Positions 19,999-29,187 of a stretch of DNA of 64,000 bases are shown in pieces. The DNA is taken from contig CALCRU010000055.1 of NCBI GenBank assembly GCA_937894335.1, positions 46,095 to 110,094 on the forward strand, in the 5' to 3' direction. This stretch comes from an uncultured Treponema sp. (GTDB lineage Bacteria; Spirochaetota; Spirochaetia; Treponematales; Treponemataceae). Below the pieces are notes generated by a model. It was not told where the DNA came from and ran no database searches. It saw only the letters and a program-made list of their open reading frames with translations. Numbering within the stretch: position 1 is the first letter of the stretch; every line of letters starts with the position of its first letter. The translations under genes were made by a program, and so were the position numbers.

Positions 19999-20161
19999 AG
20001 CTACCTCCATAACAGTTATTCCGGTGTTACCCGGTAAGAGTTAGGAGGCAAATCCGCCCTTTGTTGCAAAGTGCCGCACGGTAAGTTTTACCTACACCGT
20101 ACATATAATATATATATGCTGTTTTTTAAAAATTGACACAAAACAAGGTGGCTTAAAAAAA

Positions 20162-21382
20162 TTATCTGGAAACAAGGGCGTTGAACAGAGCGTATGCGTC
20201 TATGCCGTTTACGATTGAACCGGGGGTAAAGCGGCGCAAAAGGTTTTCCCTTCCGTCCTGAAGATGCTTGCTTGTAATGCCGTGGCGGATTGAGGCGTCT
20301 GCTTCAAGAAGGGCTGCGTAATGGTCTGCAAGGCGCACAAGTTTTCCATCCACCGGGTTAAATTCATCCCTATTGAATCGCTTGTTAAGTTCTTCAAAAC
20401 TCGTGTGCAAAACAGAATTATCTACAACAATACGATTTTCAAATTCATCACTGGTAAAGAAAAGTATTTCGTTACGATAAAAATCTTCCATGAGGGGAAC
20501 AAGTTCCTTTGCAACAATCTGGTCCTCTATGTTTTTTACTACGGCGGGCAAATCATCCGTTGCCTGCTTTACAGGAGAAATTATGTCACGGGTAACACTT
20601 TCTGGCAGGTCGTGGAACAGGGCAGAAAAGAAATCGTTGTATAACCGTCTGGGGCACATCTTAACGCCAGACTCACGGGTAAAAAGCAGAGTCATAAGGG
20701 CTACAAAAAAGCAGTGACCCAAAACAGAAGTTGCTGGTACCCTAGGAGTCTGATTCCATCTTGTCTGAAACCTAAGCTGCTCTATGCGAAGCAAAAACTC
20801 GTAGGGCTTCTGCTTGGTCAAAAGAAGCTGCAGTCCGCGCAGATCTAGAAACTCCTGAATGTCGGCATTAACTTCTTTCTTTATGCGTTCAAGTCGCTCT
20901 GGTTCGTTTACTGGGCAGAGCATTTCCAGTTCTCGCAGAGTGGAATACTTGTGGGCCGCCCTGAACACCCTTTCTGTAGTCTGCTGATTAGGTCCATAGG
21001 GAATTGAACCACAGGTTTTTCCAATATAAAGTGTAAACTTTGAAAATAAGTCTGAATCATCAATAAGGGAGCGGTACTGTTCCAAAACCCACTCGTTAAG
21101 GCGCACATATTCTGCAGGATATTCTTCCCTTATTAGCCTTTGAACGGGGCTCTTTATGTCGCACAGAGCAATTTTACGCAGCAGTTCAAACACACTTGCG
21201 TACATCATCCATTCCCAGTCTATTTTTACGCCCCTCTCCTCTTCAAACTTTCCGATTATGTATGCGACAAAAAGACGCTCGGCATCCTTGTCCATCTGAA
21301 CTAAATCAAAGGGACGCACCAAATCGTTCCAGCGCTCAATGGAAAATCCTTCAAAAATCTTAAGGGCAAATTCTTTTTTCAC
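20162..21382 (-). CDS. HD-domain phosphohydrolase (YfbR-like, duplicated fold)
   Basis: RW...SVLGH...ALFHDLPE..TRDI.SPVK...AD motifs in the C-half; degenerate copy (ERWN, DIKSPV) in the N-half. Confidence 0.8.
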   Translation of the reverse strand: MKKEFALKIFEGFSIERWNDLVRPFDLVQMDKDAERLFVAYIIGKFEEERGVKIDWEWMMYASVFELLRKIALCDIKSPVQRLIREEYPAEYVRLNEWVLEQYRSLIDDSDLFSKFTLYIGKTCGSIPYGPNQQTTERVFRAAHKYSTLRELEMLCPVNEPERLERIKKEVNADIQEFLDLRGLQLLLTKQKPYEFLLRIEQLRFQTRWNQTPRVPATSVLGHCFFVALMTLLFTRESGVKMCPRRLYNDFFSALFHDLPESVTRDIISPVKQATDDLPAVVKNIEDQIVAKELVPLMEDFYRNEILFFTSDEFENRIVVDNSVLHTSFEELNKRFNRDEFNPVDGKLVRLADHYAALLEADASIRHGITSKHLQDGRENLLRRFTPGSIVNGIDAYALFNALVSR

Positions 21383-21397
21383 GGCATCACCTTTGTG

Positions 21398-22201
21398 CTA
21401 GCTTACGCGACCCGACTTCTGGTCAGACTCCATTTTTCCTTTCCAGACTGCGGCCTTCTTCTTAAGTTCCTCGGCATCGTCCTTGTCGCCCATAACGATT
21501 GCAATGCGACGCTGAGCAAGAAGAAAATTTATTGCCATCTTCATGTCGTCTATGCGGCGTGAAGAAAGTTCGTACTTATCGCGGTAGTCCTGAGCGCTTT
21601 GGTCAATCAGTTTTTTTATAAGGCGCACATACAAAACCGTGCTGTCGTATTCAGGAGAAGAAGGTTCAAAAAAATCTTTGGAGGCCTTTTTCATGTCGAT
21701 AAGATTTTTTGCAACCACAGTAAAGCGTCCCCTCATTTCTACAAAGGACCACTTCCACTTTGAATTGTCGCCGAATGCATCAACCAGCATCTGAATGGCC
21801 AGCCCCAGTTTGCGTACCAAATAGTAGCGCTTTTCTACGGGAGTGTTTGCAATTCGTTCCCAGTTGGGAACCAAATCAGTGTAAGGGCAGTCAACATAGG
21901 CGGTAACAATTTCTTCCAGATAAATGATTGCCTTGTAGAGGATTTTTCGCGCATCGTTAAGGACATCGTTGTTTCGGGTATCCATAATGTGAACGGAAAG
22001 GGCATTAATCTGAATGTAAAGGGTTGAAACATAAATCATCTGTTCGGCAAGAAGGAGTTTCTTGTACTCTACTCCACCGGTGTCGTTTTTCATTACGGCA
22101 AGAATTTCCTTTTCCTTTTTGAGGGCTTCTTCAATTTCAGCCTTGATAGGTTTCTGCTTTTCGTTAAATTCCTTGCGGTCTTCTTCGGTAATTTTTGACA
22201 T
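21398..22201 (-). CDS. Conserved hypothetical alpha-helical protein
   Basis: ~267-aa ORF with GGAGG RBS, coupled to the recN stop (alternative GTG start at 22204). Confidence 0.8.
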   Translation of the reverse strand: MSKITEEDRKEFNEKQKPIKAEIEEALKKEKEILAVMKNDTGGVEYKKLLLAEQMIYVSTLYIQINALSVHIMDTRNNDVLNDARKILYKAIIYLEEIVTAYVDCPYTDLVPNWERIANTPVEKRYYLVRKLGLAIQMLVDAFGDNSKWKWSFVEMRGRFTVVAKNLIDMKKASKDFFEPSSPEYDSTVLYVRLIKKLIDQSAQDYRDKYELSSRRIDDMKMAINFLLAQRRIAIVMGDKDDAEELKKKAAVWKGKMESDQKSGRVS

Positions 22202-23907
22202 CACATTCCTCCGAACTTTTTAAGCATAGCGGCGGCATGTTCAAGGGATTCGTCTGAGTTGCTGTCTCCAGAAAGCATGCGCGCTATTTCCTTTACCCTG
22301 TCATCTCCTGTTACAGGGAAGACAAGTGTTGAAGTAGACTGTCCTGTCGTACCCTTCTGTATCTTTATTTGATTATGTGCATAAACGGCTATGCTTGCCA
22401 AGTGGGTAATGCACAAAATCTGCTTTTCTGCCGCAAGTTGTTTCATGTGGTTGCCAACGGAAACAGCAACCTCTCCGCCAATGCCTGTGTCAATTTCGTC
22501 AAAAATCAAAGTGCCTACAGTGTCTTCTGCGCTAAGGATTGTCTTTAACGCAAGCATAACGCGGCTCAGTTCTCCGCCAGAAGCAATTTTTGCAAGGGGA
22601 GCAAGGGCCGAACCAGCGTTTGCGCTTATAAGGAATTCTATGTTGTCCATTCCGTAAGGGCCGCACTGCTGGGTTATGTCTGTTCCCTCTTTTGAAGAAA
22701 GACTTACCTTAAACCTTGCGTCCTTCATTCCAAGCTGACTTAATATGCCTTGTGCTTCAAGAGCCATTCTGTCGGAGGCGCTATGTCGCTTTTCGCTAAG
22801 AGACTTTGCGGCAGAGTAAACCTGTTTTTCAAGAAGAGATATTTCTTTTTCTAGTGCACTCTTGTCGGCACTTGAGCCAGTAAGGGCTTCCAGTTCTGTC
22901 TGAGCATTCTGGGCGTAGTCAAGAACTTCCTGCAGAGGAGCCTTTGTATTAGAGGCATACTTTTTCTTAAGGCGATACATTAGATCCAGACGCTCCTGAA
23001 CAAATGCAAGCCGTTCTGGATCAAAGACAAGGGATGAGGCGTAACTTCTGAATTCCTTTGCAATGTCGTCAACTTCGTAAAAAACAGACTGCAACCTGTC
23101 GTCCAAGTCTGAAAGTTCTTTGTCAAGTTCGGCAGCATGGGGAACAAGATTTTTAAGCCTTCGCAAGAGAGAAAGCACCGAGCCAGAAGATTCCGAAGAA
23201 GAGTCCAGCACAGAGTTGATTTCTTCTATATCGGAATAAAGTTTTTCAAACGAAGAAAGTTTTGCTTCTTCGGCCTCAAGTTCATCGTCTTCGCCAGCCT
23301 TAAGTTTTGCATCTGCAATTTCGCTTACTGCAAAGGAAAGCATTTCTATGCGATTGGCCCTTTCTGCTTCGTTAGTGTTAAGAGAGTCTAGTGTCCTGCG
23401 TTTTTCTACAAGAGTTGCATAAAGTTCCGTAAAGTTTTTTACTTCTCCTGTAATGCCTGCATAGCTGTCCAGAAAGCGCCTGTGTTCTGAAACCTTCATA
23501 AGAGACTGTTGGTCGTGCTGACCGTGTATATCTACAAGAAATGATGCAAAGGAAGCAAGGTCTGCCCTTGTTACAGGTGTGGAACCAATCCATGCAGAAG
23601 ACTTGTTGGTGTCGCGCACAATTCGCCTTATAAGAATGCGGTTATCCTCGGCCTCCATGCCGTGTTCGGTAAGCCATTCCTGCGCACCGTTACCCTCAAG
23701 AAGAAAAGTTCCACTTACAGACGCTTCGTGGGCACCAGTACGAATCAGTTCAGTTCCGCCCTTTCCACCTAGAAGGAATGCAAGGCTTCCTATCAAAATG
23801 GATTTACCTGCACCTGTTTCGCCGCTTAAGACGGTAAAGCCCTTTTCAAATTCAACATGAGCCTTGTCTATGAGTGCAAAATTCTGAATGTCAATTTCTT
23901 CAAGCAC
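22201..23907 (-). CDS. recN: DNA repair protein RecN
   Basis: GETGAGKS, DIHGQHDQ, ASGGELSR, IFDEIDTG and CITHL motifs. Confidence 0.96.
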   Translation of the reverse strand: MLEEIDIQNFALIDKAHVEFEKGFTVLSGETGAGKSILIGSLAFLLGGKGGTELIRTGAHEASVSGTFLLEGNGAQEWLTEHGMEAEDNRILIRRIVRDTNKSSAWIGSTPVTRADLASFASFLVDIHGQHDQQSLMKVSEHRRFLDSYAGITGEVKNFTELYATLVEKRRTLDSLNTNEAERANRIEMLSFAVSEIADAKLKAGEDDELEAEEAKLSSFEKLYSDIEEINSVLDSSSESSGSVLSLLRRLKNLVPHAAELDKELSDLDDRLQSVFYEVDDIAKEFRSYASSLVFDPERLAFVQERLDLMYRLKKKYASNTKAPLQEVLDYAQNAQTELEALTGSSADKSALEKEISLLEKQVYSAAKSLSEKRHSASDRMALEAQGILSQLGMKDARFKVSLSSKEGTDITQQCGPYGMDNIEFLISANAGSALAPLAKIASGGELSRVMLALKTILSAEDTVGTLIFDEIDTGIGGEVAVSVGNHMKQLAAEKQILCITHLASIAVYAHNQIKIQKGTTGQSTSTLVFPVTGDDRVKEIARMLSGDSNSDESLEHAAAMLKKFGGM

Positions 23908-24754
23908 GGGGACCTCCTGCCCAGTTCAACTTGCTTTGCAGGGCGTTGTAAAACTGAACTTGCGAAGATGCAACAAGAGTGGCCTTGTGTGCGGCAGTTC
24001 TTAAGATGACTACATCGTCAGTAAAAAGTTCAAAGTCAATCTGACCGTCTGCAGAAAGTCCTGTCTGAACTCTGGAAGGCAGAATGGTTATGGCTAGCTC
24101 TCCCTCAGGACTAAACAGAAGCGGTCTTGCAGAAAGACTAAAGGAACTTATGGGAGTAAGCAGAAGGGCATCCAAAGAAGGGTCTATAATTGGTCCACCT
24201 GCTGCAGCGGAATATGCCGTTGAGCCTGTAGCTGTTGCTACAATGATTCCGTTAGCCTTAAAGGGACCAAGGTTTGAATGGTTGAATGCAACATCCATGT
24301 TTATAAGACGGGATGCGGCGGTACTGGAAATTACCACATCGTTAAGGGCTGTTGTCTTAAATACTGTTGAGCCGCCCCGCAAAACCTCACAACTTACCAG
24401 TGAACGAGAACTTACCGAAGATCTGCCCTCAAGAAACTTTAACAGTTCTTCCTGCCAACGGTCTGCACGAACTCCTGCAAGAAAACCAAATTCCCCAAGG
24501 TTTACAGGAAAAACGGGAATGTTACGAGGAGCACATTCTCGGGAAGCAAAAAGAACTGTTCCGTCACCGCCCAAAGTAATTACAAAATCATGTTCGTCAA
24601 AGGCTGATTTTATTTCGTCACCCCTACACTCGGTACCGTCATAAGAAAAGACTGAACTTTTTACGCCCTTAGACTCAAGAAAATCCTGAATCTTAGGGTA
24701 AAGAGAAAGTGCGTCTTTTTTGAAGGTGTTTACAATCAGCAGGCAGTGATTCAT
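23900..24754 (-). CDS. nadK: NAD+ kinase
   Basis: LGGDGT, ALNDV and TATGSTAYSAAAGGP motifs; ATG 24754 after GGGGAG. Confidence 0.93.
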   Translation of the reverse strand: MNHCLLIVNTFKKDALSLYPKIQDFLESKGVKSSVFSYDGTECRGDEIKSAFDEHDFVITLGGDGTVLFASRECAPRNIPVFPVNLGEFGFLAGVRADRWQEELLKFLEGRSSVSSRSLVSCEVLRGGSTVFKTTALNDVVISSTAASRLINMDVAFNHSNLGPFKANGIIVATATGSTAYSAAAGGPIIDPSLDALLLTPISSFSLSARPLLFSPEGELAITILPSRVQTGLSADGQIDFELFTDDVVILRTAAHKATLVASSQVQFYNALQSKLNWAGGPRA

Positions 24755-24772
24755 TTTTCGCTCCCCCAACTG

Positions 24773-25897
24773 TTACGGCAAAGTAGAAAGAACCTTAACT
24801 ATGCGGGAAGCATCTTTCTGTCCCAGCCTTGGATAGAGGGGAAACAGCGCGCACCTAAGCAGAAGAGAATTTGCACACATGCACTGGGAAGCAAGAGATT
24901 CCTGCCTTAGAGCGATTATTGAATTTTCGTAGGCCTGACGGACTTCTATGCCTTTCTTCTGAGCATAGGCCTTTACATCTTTAAATCCAGTGTTAAGTAC
25001 AAGGGGGAAGGAATAAATTGTAGAGCCATAATCCTGAGCGCGTACAAAAGTCTTGTGCTTGCCTGACATTATTGCTCTTGTGTAAAGGGTGTAAAGTTCA
25101 CGCCTCATTTTTTCGTTACGCTTGAATTCTTTTGTCTCAACATAAGCTAGGGCGGCGTTCATGTCTGGCATTAAATCTGTGGAGGGGGCTTCTTCTGCAA
25201 TTCTTTTAAGAACACTCCATTCACGGCGACCGGGAGCCATTACTACGGCACCACCACCGGCTGTAACCACATCTCTATCTTCCATGCCAAAGATGGCGTA
25301 GACTCCGTACATGCCGGCCCTCTTACCCTTTGGTTCATCGTCAGCGTCTTCTGGATTTTGCGATTCTCCTTCCGCTGGCTTTTTTTCCTTAGGCTTTGCG
25401 GCTGCATCACCTTCCTTTACTTCTTCGGGATAGAATGCAAATGCCGACTGGGATATGTCTTCTACAATAGGAATGTTAAGCGAAAGATATGCCTGAATGT
25501 CTGGCAGAACGCCCATGCCCTCATGCAGGACAAAAATGCGTCCTCCATCCTTAATGCCCTGTTCAACAAGTTCTGGTGGAACAAGGCCGTCTTCTTCGCG
25601 AACATCAAGAACAAGAGCGGAATAGCCCAAAGCCTCAACAGTCTGAATCTGCCAGGCAGGAGCAAGAGCAGAAAGCATTACCTTTCCGTCTTTGGGAATA
25701 TCAAGAGCCCTTAGCACATAATCAAGCGCGATGGCAGGACTGCGAACGGTAACGGCTCCGTCACATCCAGTAAGTTCTTTTACCGTCTGCACGAGTTTTT
25801 GACCCATTTCGCCTGCGCCAAGCTGTTCGTTTACCATGCAGGTAAGAACGGCCTCCATTTCTTTGCGTCTGATTGTAGAGCTGTAAGTCTGAATCAT
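24773..25897 (-). CDS. DegT/DnrJ/EryC1/StrS-fold protein, apparently lacking the PLP lysine
   Basis: Family layout (VEDISQS, TAGGGA, MPDMNAAL, FPLYPRL) but no Lys in the expected loop. Confidence 0.65.
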   Translation of the reverse strand: MIQTYSSTIRRKEMEAVLTCMVNEQLGAGEMGQKLVQTVKELTGCDGAVTVRSPAIALDYVLRALDIPKDGKVMLSALAPAWQIQTVEALGYSALVLDVREEDGLVPPELVEQGIKDGGRIFVLHEGMGVLPDIQAYLSLNIPIVEDISQSAFAFYPEEVKEGDAAAKPKEKKPAEGESQNPEDADDEPKGKRAGMYGVYAIFGMEDRDVVTAGGGAVVMAPGRREWSVLKRIAEEAPSTDLMPDMNAALAYVETKEFKRNEKMRRELYTLYTRAIMSGKHKTFVRAQDYGSTIYSFPLVLNTGFKDVKAYAQKKGIEVRQAYENSIIALRQESLASQCMCANSLLLRCALFPLYPRLGQKDASRIVKVLSTLP

Positions 25898-25916
25898 TTT
25901 TTATTCTATTTCTCCA

Positions 25917-26408
25917 CTACCGGCGTGGTTCCAGAATTTTCTGAAGTTCCTTAGGATTAAAGAGTTTGCGTGTGTCAAGGATAATAAGGTAACCGGAAGT
26001 TTCCTGACGCACTACGCCTTGAATGTATTCCGTACCGATTCCGCTGAACATCTGTGGCGGAGGTTTAATTTCTCCCTTGTCTACAGAAACAACACGGGCA
26101 ACGCGGTCAATGATAATGCCAATTTTGTTACCCTCAATGTCCAAAATGATGAATCCACCCTCATCGTCACCGAGGGAATCTTCCGAAGTAAGAACGGCCT
26201 GCTTGATGTGGAAGCGCTTATGCAAGTTCATAATAGGAATAATTTCGCCACGCAGATTGATTATTCCTTCTACATAGTAAGGCGCATTGGGAATGGGGCG
26301 CACATCCTGCACGCGGACAATTTCCTTAACGTCCATTATGTCAACACCATAAAGCTCCTCGCCAAGCTGGAATGTAACAAGCTGAAGCTGGGTATTTTCG
26401 TCGGCCAT
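25917..26408 (-). CDS. cheW: Chemotaxis coupling protein CheW
   Basis: QLVTFQL, YGVDI..VKEI, PNAPYYVEGIINLRGEIIP. Confidence 0.95.
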   Translation of the reverse strand: MADENTQLQLVTFQLGEELYGVDIMDVKEIVRVQDVRPIPNAPYYVEGIINLRGEIIPIMNLHKRFHIKQAVLTSEDSLGDDEGGFIILDIEGNKIGIIIDRVARVVSVDKGEIKPPPQMFSGIGTEYIQGVVRQETSGYLIILDTRKLFNPKELQKILEPRR

Positions 26409-26469
26409 TTATTATCTCCTCTATAAAAAGCAGTATCCTCTTTACTGTATTTTACACTATAAAACCAAT

Positions 26470-27231
26470 CTAGTCTACTATAAAAAGCGAAAGAACGGCA
26501 ACTTTTCTTATACCGTAACTTTTAAGCAGGAGGGAACATTCTTGAACAGTCGCCCCCGTTGTAATAACATCATCAAGAAGAACCGCCTCCTCTGGGGGCT
26601 GCCCAGGATTTTTAAGGTCAAGGGCAAAGGAAAGGCTACCAGAAAGACGACCCGCCCTATCCTTTTTTTTCTGTTGGTCGGAAGACAGCCTAGTTAGGGC
26701 ATGTACAATCCTTACCCCGTAGCGCATCTTAAGGACATTGCACACATCGTCAATCTGATCCCAGCCCTTTACCCTTATCTTACCCGGACGGGGAGGCACA
26801 GGAACCACAGTCATGCATCCAGAATGCCTTAGAAAGTTCATTACCGCCTCGGCAAACATAAGACACAAGGCCCTTTGCCCCTGCATCTTCCACGCAAACA
26901 GCAGATTCTTGTACCAGAGCCTGTAGGGGTGCAAAGCAAATACAGAGTCCGCACCAGAAATAACCCTCTGCTCCCTGCACTCCATGCACACACCCAGTTC
27001 GCTAACAAGAAGCCTTCCGCAATAGGGACACCTTTGGGCAGTCGAAAAAGCCTCTGGTCCACCTACGAACAAACTGCCGCATCTGGTGCACAGGGAAGAA
27101 CCATACACCCTCTTACCGCAGGCAAGGCAGGTCTCCTCGCCAAACAAAAAGGAAAGCATGGTTCTAAGCAAAAAGGACAAAGAAGTCCTGCAGTCAAAGA
27201 GAAATTTTCTAATGTTCACTTTATTTGCCAT
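26470..27231 (-). CDS. comF: ComF-family double zinc ribbon / phosphoribosyltransferase
   Basis: Four CxxC motifs, VVPVP, LLDDVITTGAT. Confidence 0.85.
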   Translation of the reverse strand: MANKVNIRKFLFDCRTSLSFLLRTMLSFLFGEETCLACGKRVYGSSLCTRCGSLFVGGPEAFSTAQRCPYCGRLLVSELGVCMECREQRVISGADSVFALHPYRLWYKNLLFAWKMQGQRALCLMFAEAVMNFLRHSGCMTVVPVPPRPGKIRVKGWDQIDDVCNVLKMRYGVRIVHALTRLSSDQQKKKDRAGRLSGSLSFALDLKNPGQPPEEAVLLDDVITTGATVQECSLLLKSYGIRKVAVLSLFIVD

Positions 27232-27269
27232 ACACTATAATAATATAAGAGAATAAGCAAAAATGAACA

Positions 27270-28376
27270 CTAAACCCTCTGTTCAGGAGCGTTTTCCCAT
27301 GCACTTTTTATTAAAAGATGGACGGTCTTCATAACCGCTTCCCTTGTTTTGGAATCCAGATGGGCGGCGGCTTTTACCATTTTAGTAACGCTGTTCCACC
27401 AGTTTTCGGAAAGTTCGGAGTTTGTAGAGGCGTCAGTGTGAGAAAGAATTCCAAAGACGGTTTCTATGAACAGTTCCTTTTGATCAAGCGAAAGCTCGTT
27501 AAACCAGCCGTTAATAGTTGCGCCCAAAAACTTACTCTGACTGTTCGTGTCTGGAAGTTCCTCAAAGCATCCAGGACCCACATACCAAGTAAAGGGGTCA
27601 TGCTGCATAATACCTTTTCCGTCACTAGCAACAGTAACAAAACGGTCATCGTGGTCAAAGAGCATTCCTACAACAGAAAGTTCAGGAACAAAAGAATGCA
27701 CCCTGTCACGGATTGCACGGTAGTCACCGCTTACAAAAAAATCCTTTTTAAAACCGGGACCGTCATTGTTAAACACGGCTCCAATCCTCTTTTTTACATC
27801 GTAAGAGGCGTGGCTTGCGGCATACAGGGAAAGGTTTCCTCCCTTGGAATGACCGCCTACATAAATCGTACCCTTTATGTTTTTTGCCGCATTTTCAAGA
27901 TACTCAAGGGCATCCCTCTGGGCAGGAACCACATCCTTTACGCCAAGATTAAAGTCTTCCTTCCAACCCACTATAGTGTCGTCAGTTCCACGAAAAGCAA
28001 TAAAGGCCCAGTCGTCAGAAATAAAAGTCGTTGCCGAAAACTGCTCTTCTGCGACAGTGTCCAGAACATCAACATGGGCGCCTACAAGAAGATTTCCAAA
28101 GCGCTCACTCTGGGCAGCAGTCTGCAAAAGTCCAACCGTTTCCTGACTAAGGTGGGAGCAAATCTGACTGCGCTCAACAAAATCTGGGGAAGAGGAAAAA
28201 CGGGACTCAGCCTCCTGCAGTGTAACAAAATCCTTTTTCTTAAAGTCCGAAGTAATCAGTCCATAAAAGCGGGCATAACTCAGGGAACACAGAATGAGGG
28301 CATCAACCTCGTTAAATTCAGCACGGGAAAAATCAATGTCGCCTCGCCAAAAAATATAGTCCAGAATGTTTGCCAT
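27270..28376 (-). CDS. DUF2974-type alpha/beta hydrolase (lipase-like)
   Basis: MANILDY, FNEVDAL, AFRGTDDT..GWKEDF and GHSKGGN nucleophile elbow; ATG 28376 after AGAGG. Confidence 0.85.
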   Translation of the reverse strand: MANILDYIFWRGDIDFSRAEFNEVDALILCSLSYARFYGLITSDFKKKDFVTLQEAESRFSSSPDFVERSQICSHLSQETVGLLQTAAQSERFGNLLVGAHVDVLDTVAEEQFSATTFISDDWAFIAFRGTDDTIVGWKEDFNLGVKDVVPAQRDALEYLENAAKNIKGTIYVGGHSKGGNLSLYAASHASYDVKKRIGAVFNNDGPGFKKDFFVSGDYRAIRDRVHSFVPELSVVGMLFDHDDRFVTVASDGKGIMQHDPFTWYVGPGCFEELPDTNSQSKFLGATINGWFNELSLDQKELFIETVFGILSHTDASTNSELSENWWNSVTKMVKAAAHLDSKTREAVMKTVHLLIKSAWENAPEQRV

Positions 28377-28456
28377 ACTAACCTCTACTTTCATATAATA
28401 TAGCAAAAAAATGCTCCCTTGTGTATAATTGACAAAACTTTTATAGCGAGGATTTT

Positions 28457-29170
28457 ATGGAAGTAAAACTTGAATCAGAAATTGCACGCACTGAATATCC
28501 TGGAAGGGGAATTGTAATAGGCCTTAGCAAAGACGGAAAAACGGCCGTAACAGCCTACTTTATCATGGGAAGAAGCGAAAACAGCCGCAACCGTGTTTTT
28601 GTTACCGAAGGTGAAGGAATCCGCACACAGGCTTTTGACCCAGCAAAACTTTCAGATCCAAGCCTGATTATCTACGCTCCTGTGCGCGTACTGGGAAAGA
28701 ACACAATCGTAACAAACGGAGACCAGACCGACACCGTTTACGAGGGAATGTCAAAGGGACTTACATTTGAACAGTCACTTAAGAGCAGGACATTTGAGCC
28801 AGATGCACCAAACTTTACTCCCCGCATTTCAGGACTCCTTCATGTGGAAGATAAAAAATTCGACTACAGCATGAGCATTTTAAAGAGCGATGACGGAGAC
28901 TCTTCCTGCCACAACCGCTACACCTTTACATACGAAAATCCCAAAAAAGGAACGGCAAGATTCATCCACACATATGAAGACAACGGTAATCCCCTGCCCA
29001 GCTTTAAAGGCGAGCCTGTTGCGGTAACACTTCCAGAAGGTTCAATTGATAATGTAACCGATGCAATTTGGAAGAGCCTTAACCAGGACAACAAGGTGTC
29101 CCTCTTCGTGCGATTCATAAACATAGAAGACGGAACTTACGAGACCAGAATCGTAAACAAAAATAAATAA
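28457..29170 (+). CDS. IMP cyclohydrolase-like protein (PurO-type)
   Basis: YPGRGI, YFIMGRSENSRNR, VTNGDQTD and EPDAPNFTPRISG motifs. Confidence 0.8.
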   Translation: MEVKLESEIARTEYPGRGIVIGLSKDGKTAVTAYFIMGRSENSRNRVFVTEGEGIRTQAFDPAKLSDPSLIIYAPVRVLGKNTIVTNGDQTDTVYEGMSKGLTFEQSLKSRTFEPDAPNFTPRISGLLHVEDKKFDYSMSILKSDDGDSSCHNRYTFTYENPKKGTARFIHTYEDNGNPLPSFKGEPVAVTLPEGSIDNVTDAIWKSLNQDNKVSLFVRFINIEDGTYETRIVNKNK

Positions 29171-29187
29171 TCCTGACAGGATAAATC

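Noticed and set aside
27318..28403. 361-aa plus-strand ORF
   Set aside because: Antisense shadow of the DUF2974 gene; no RBS or motifs and atypical composition
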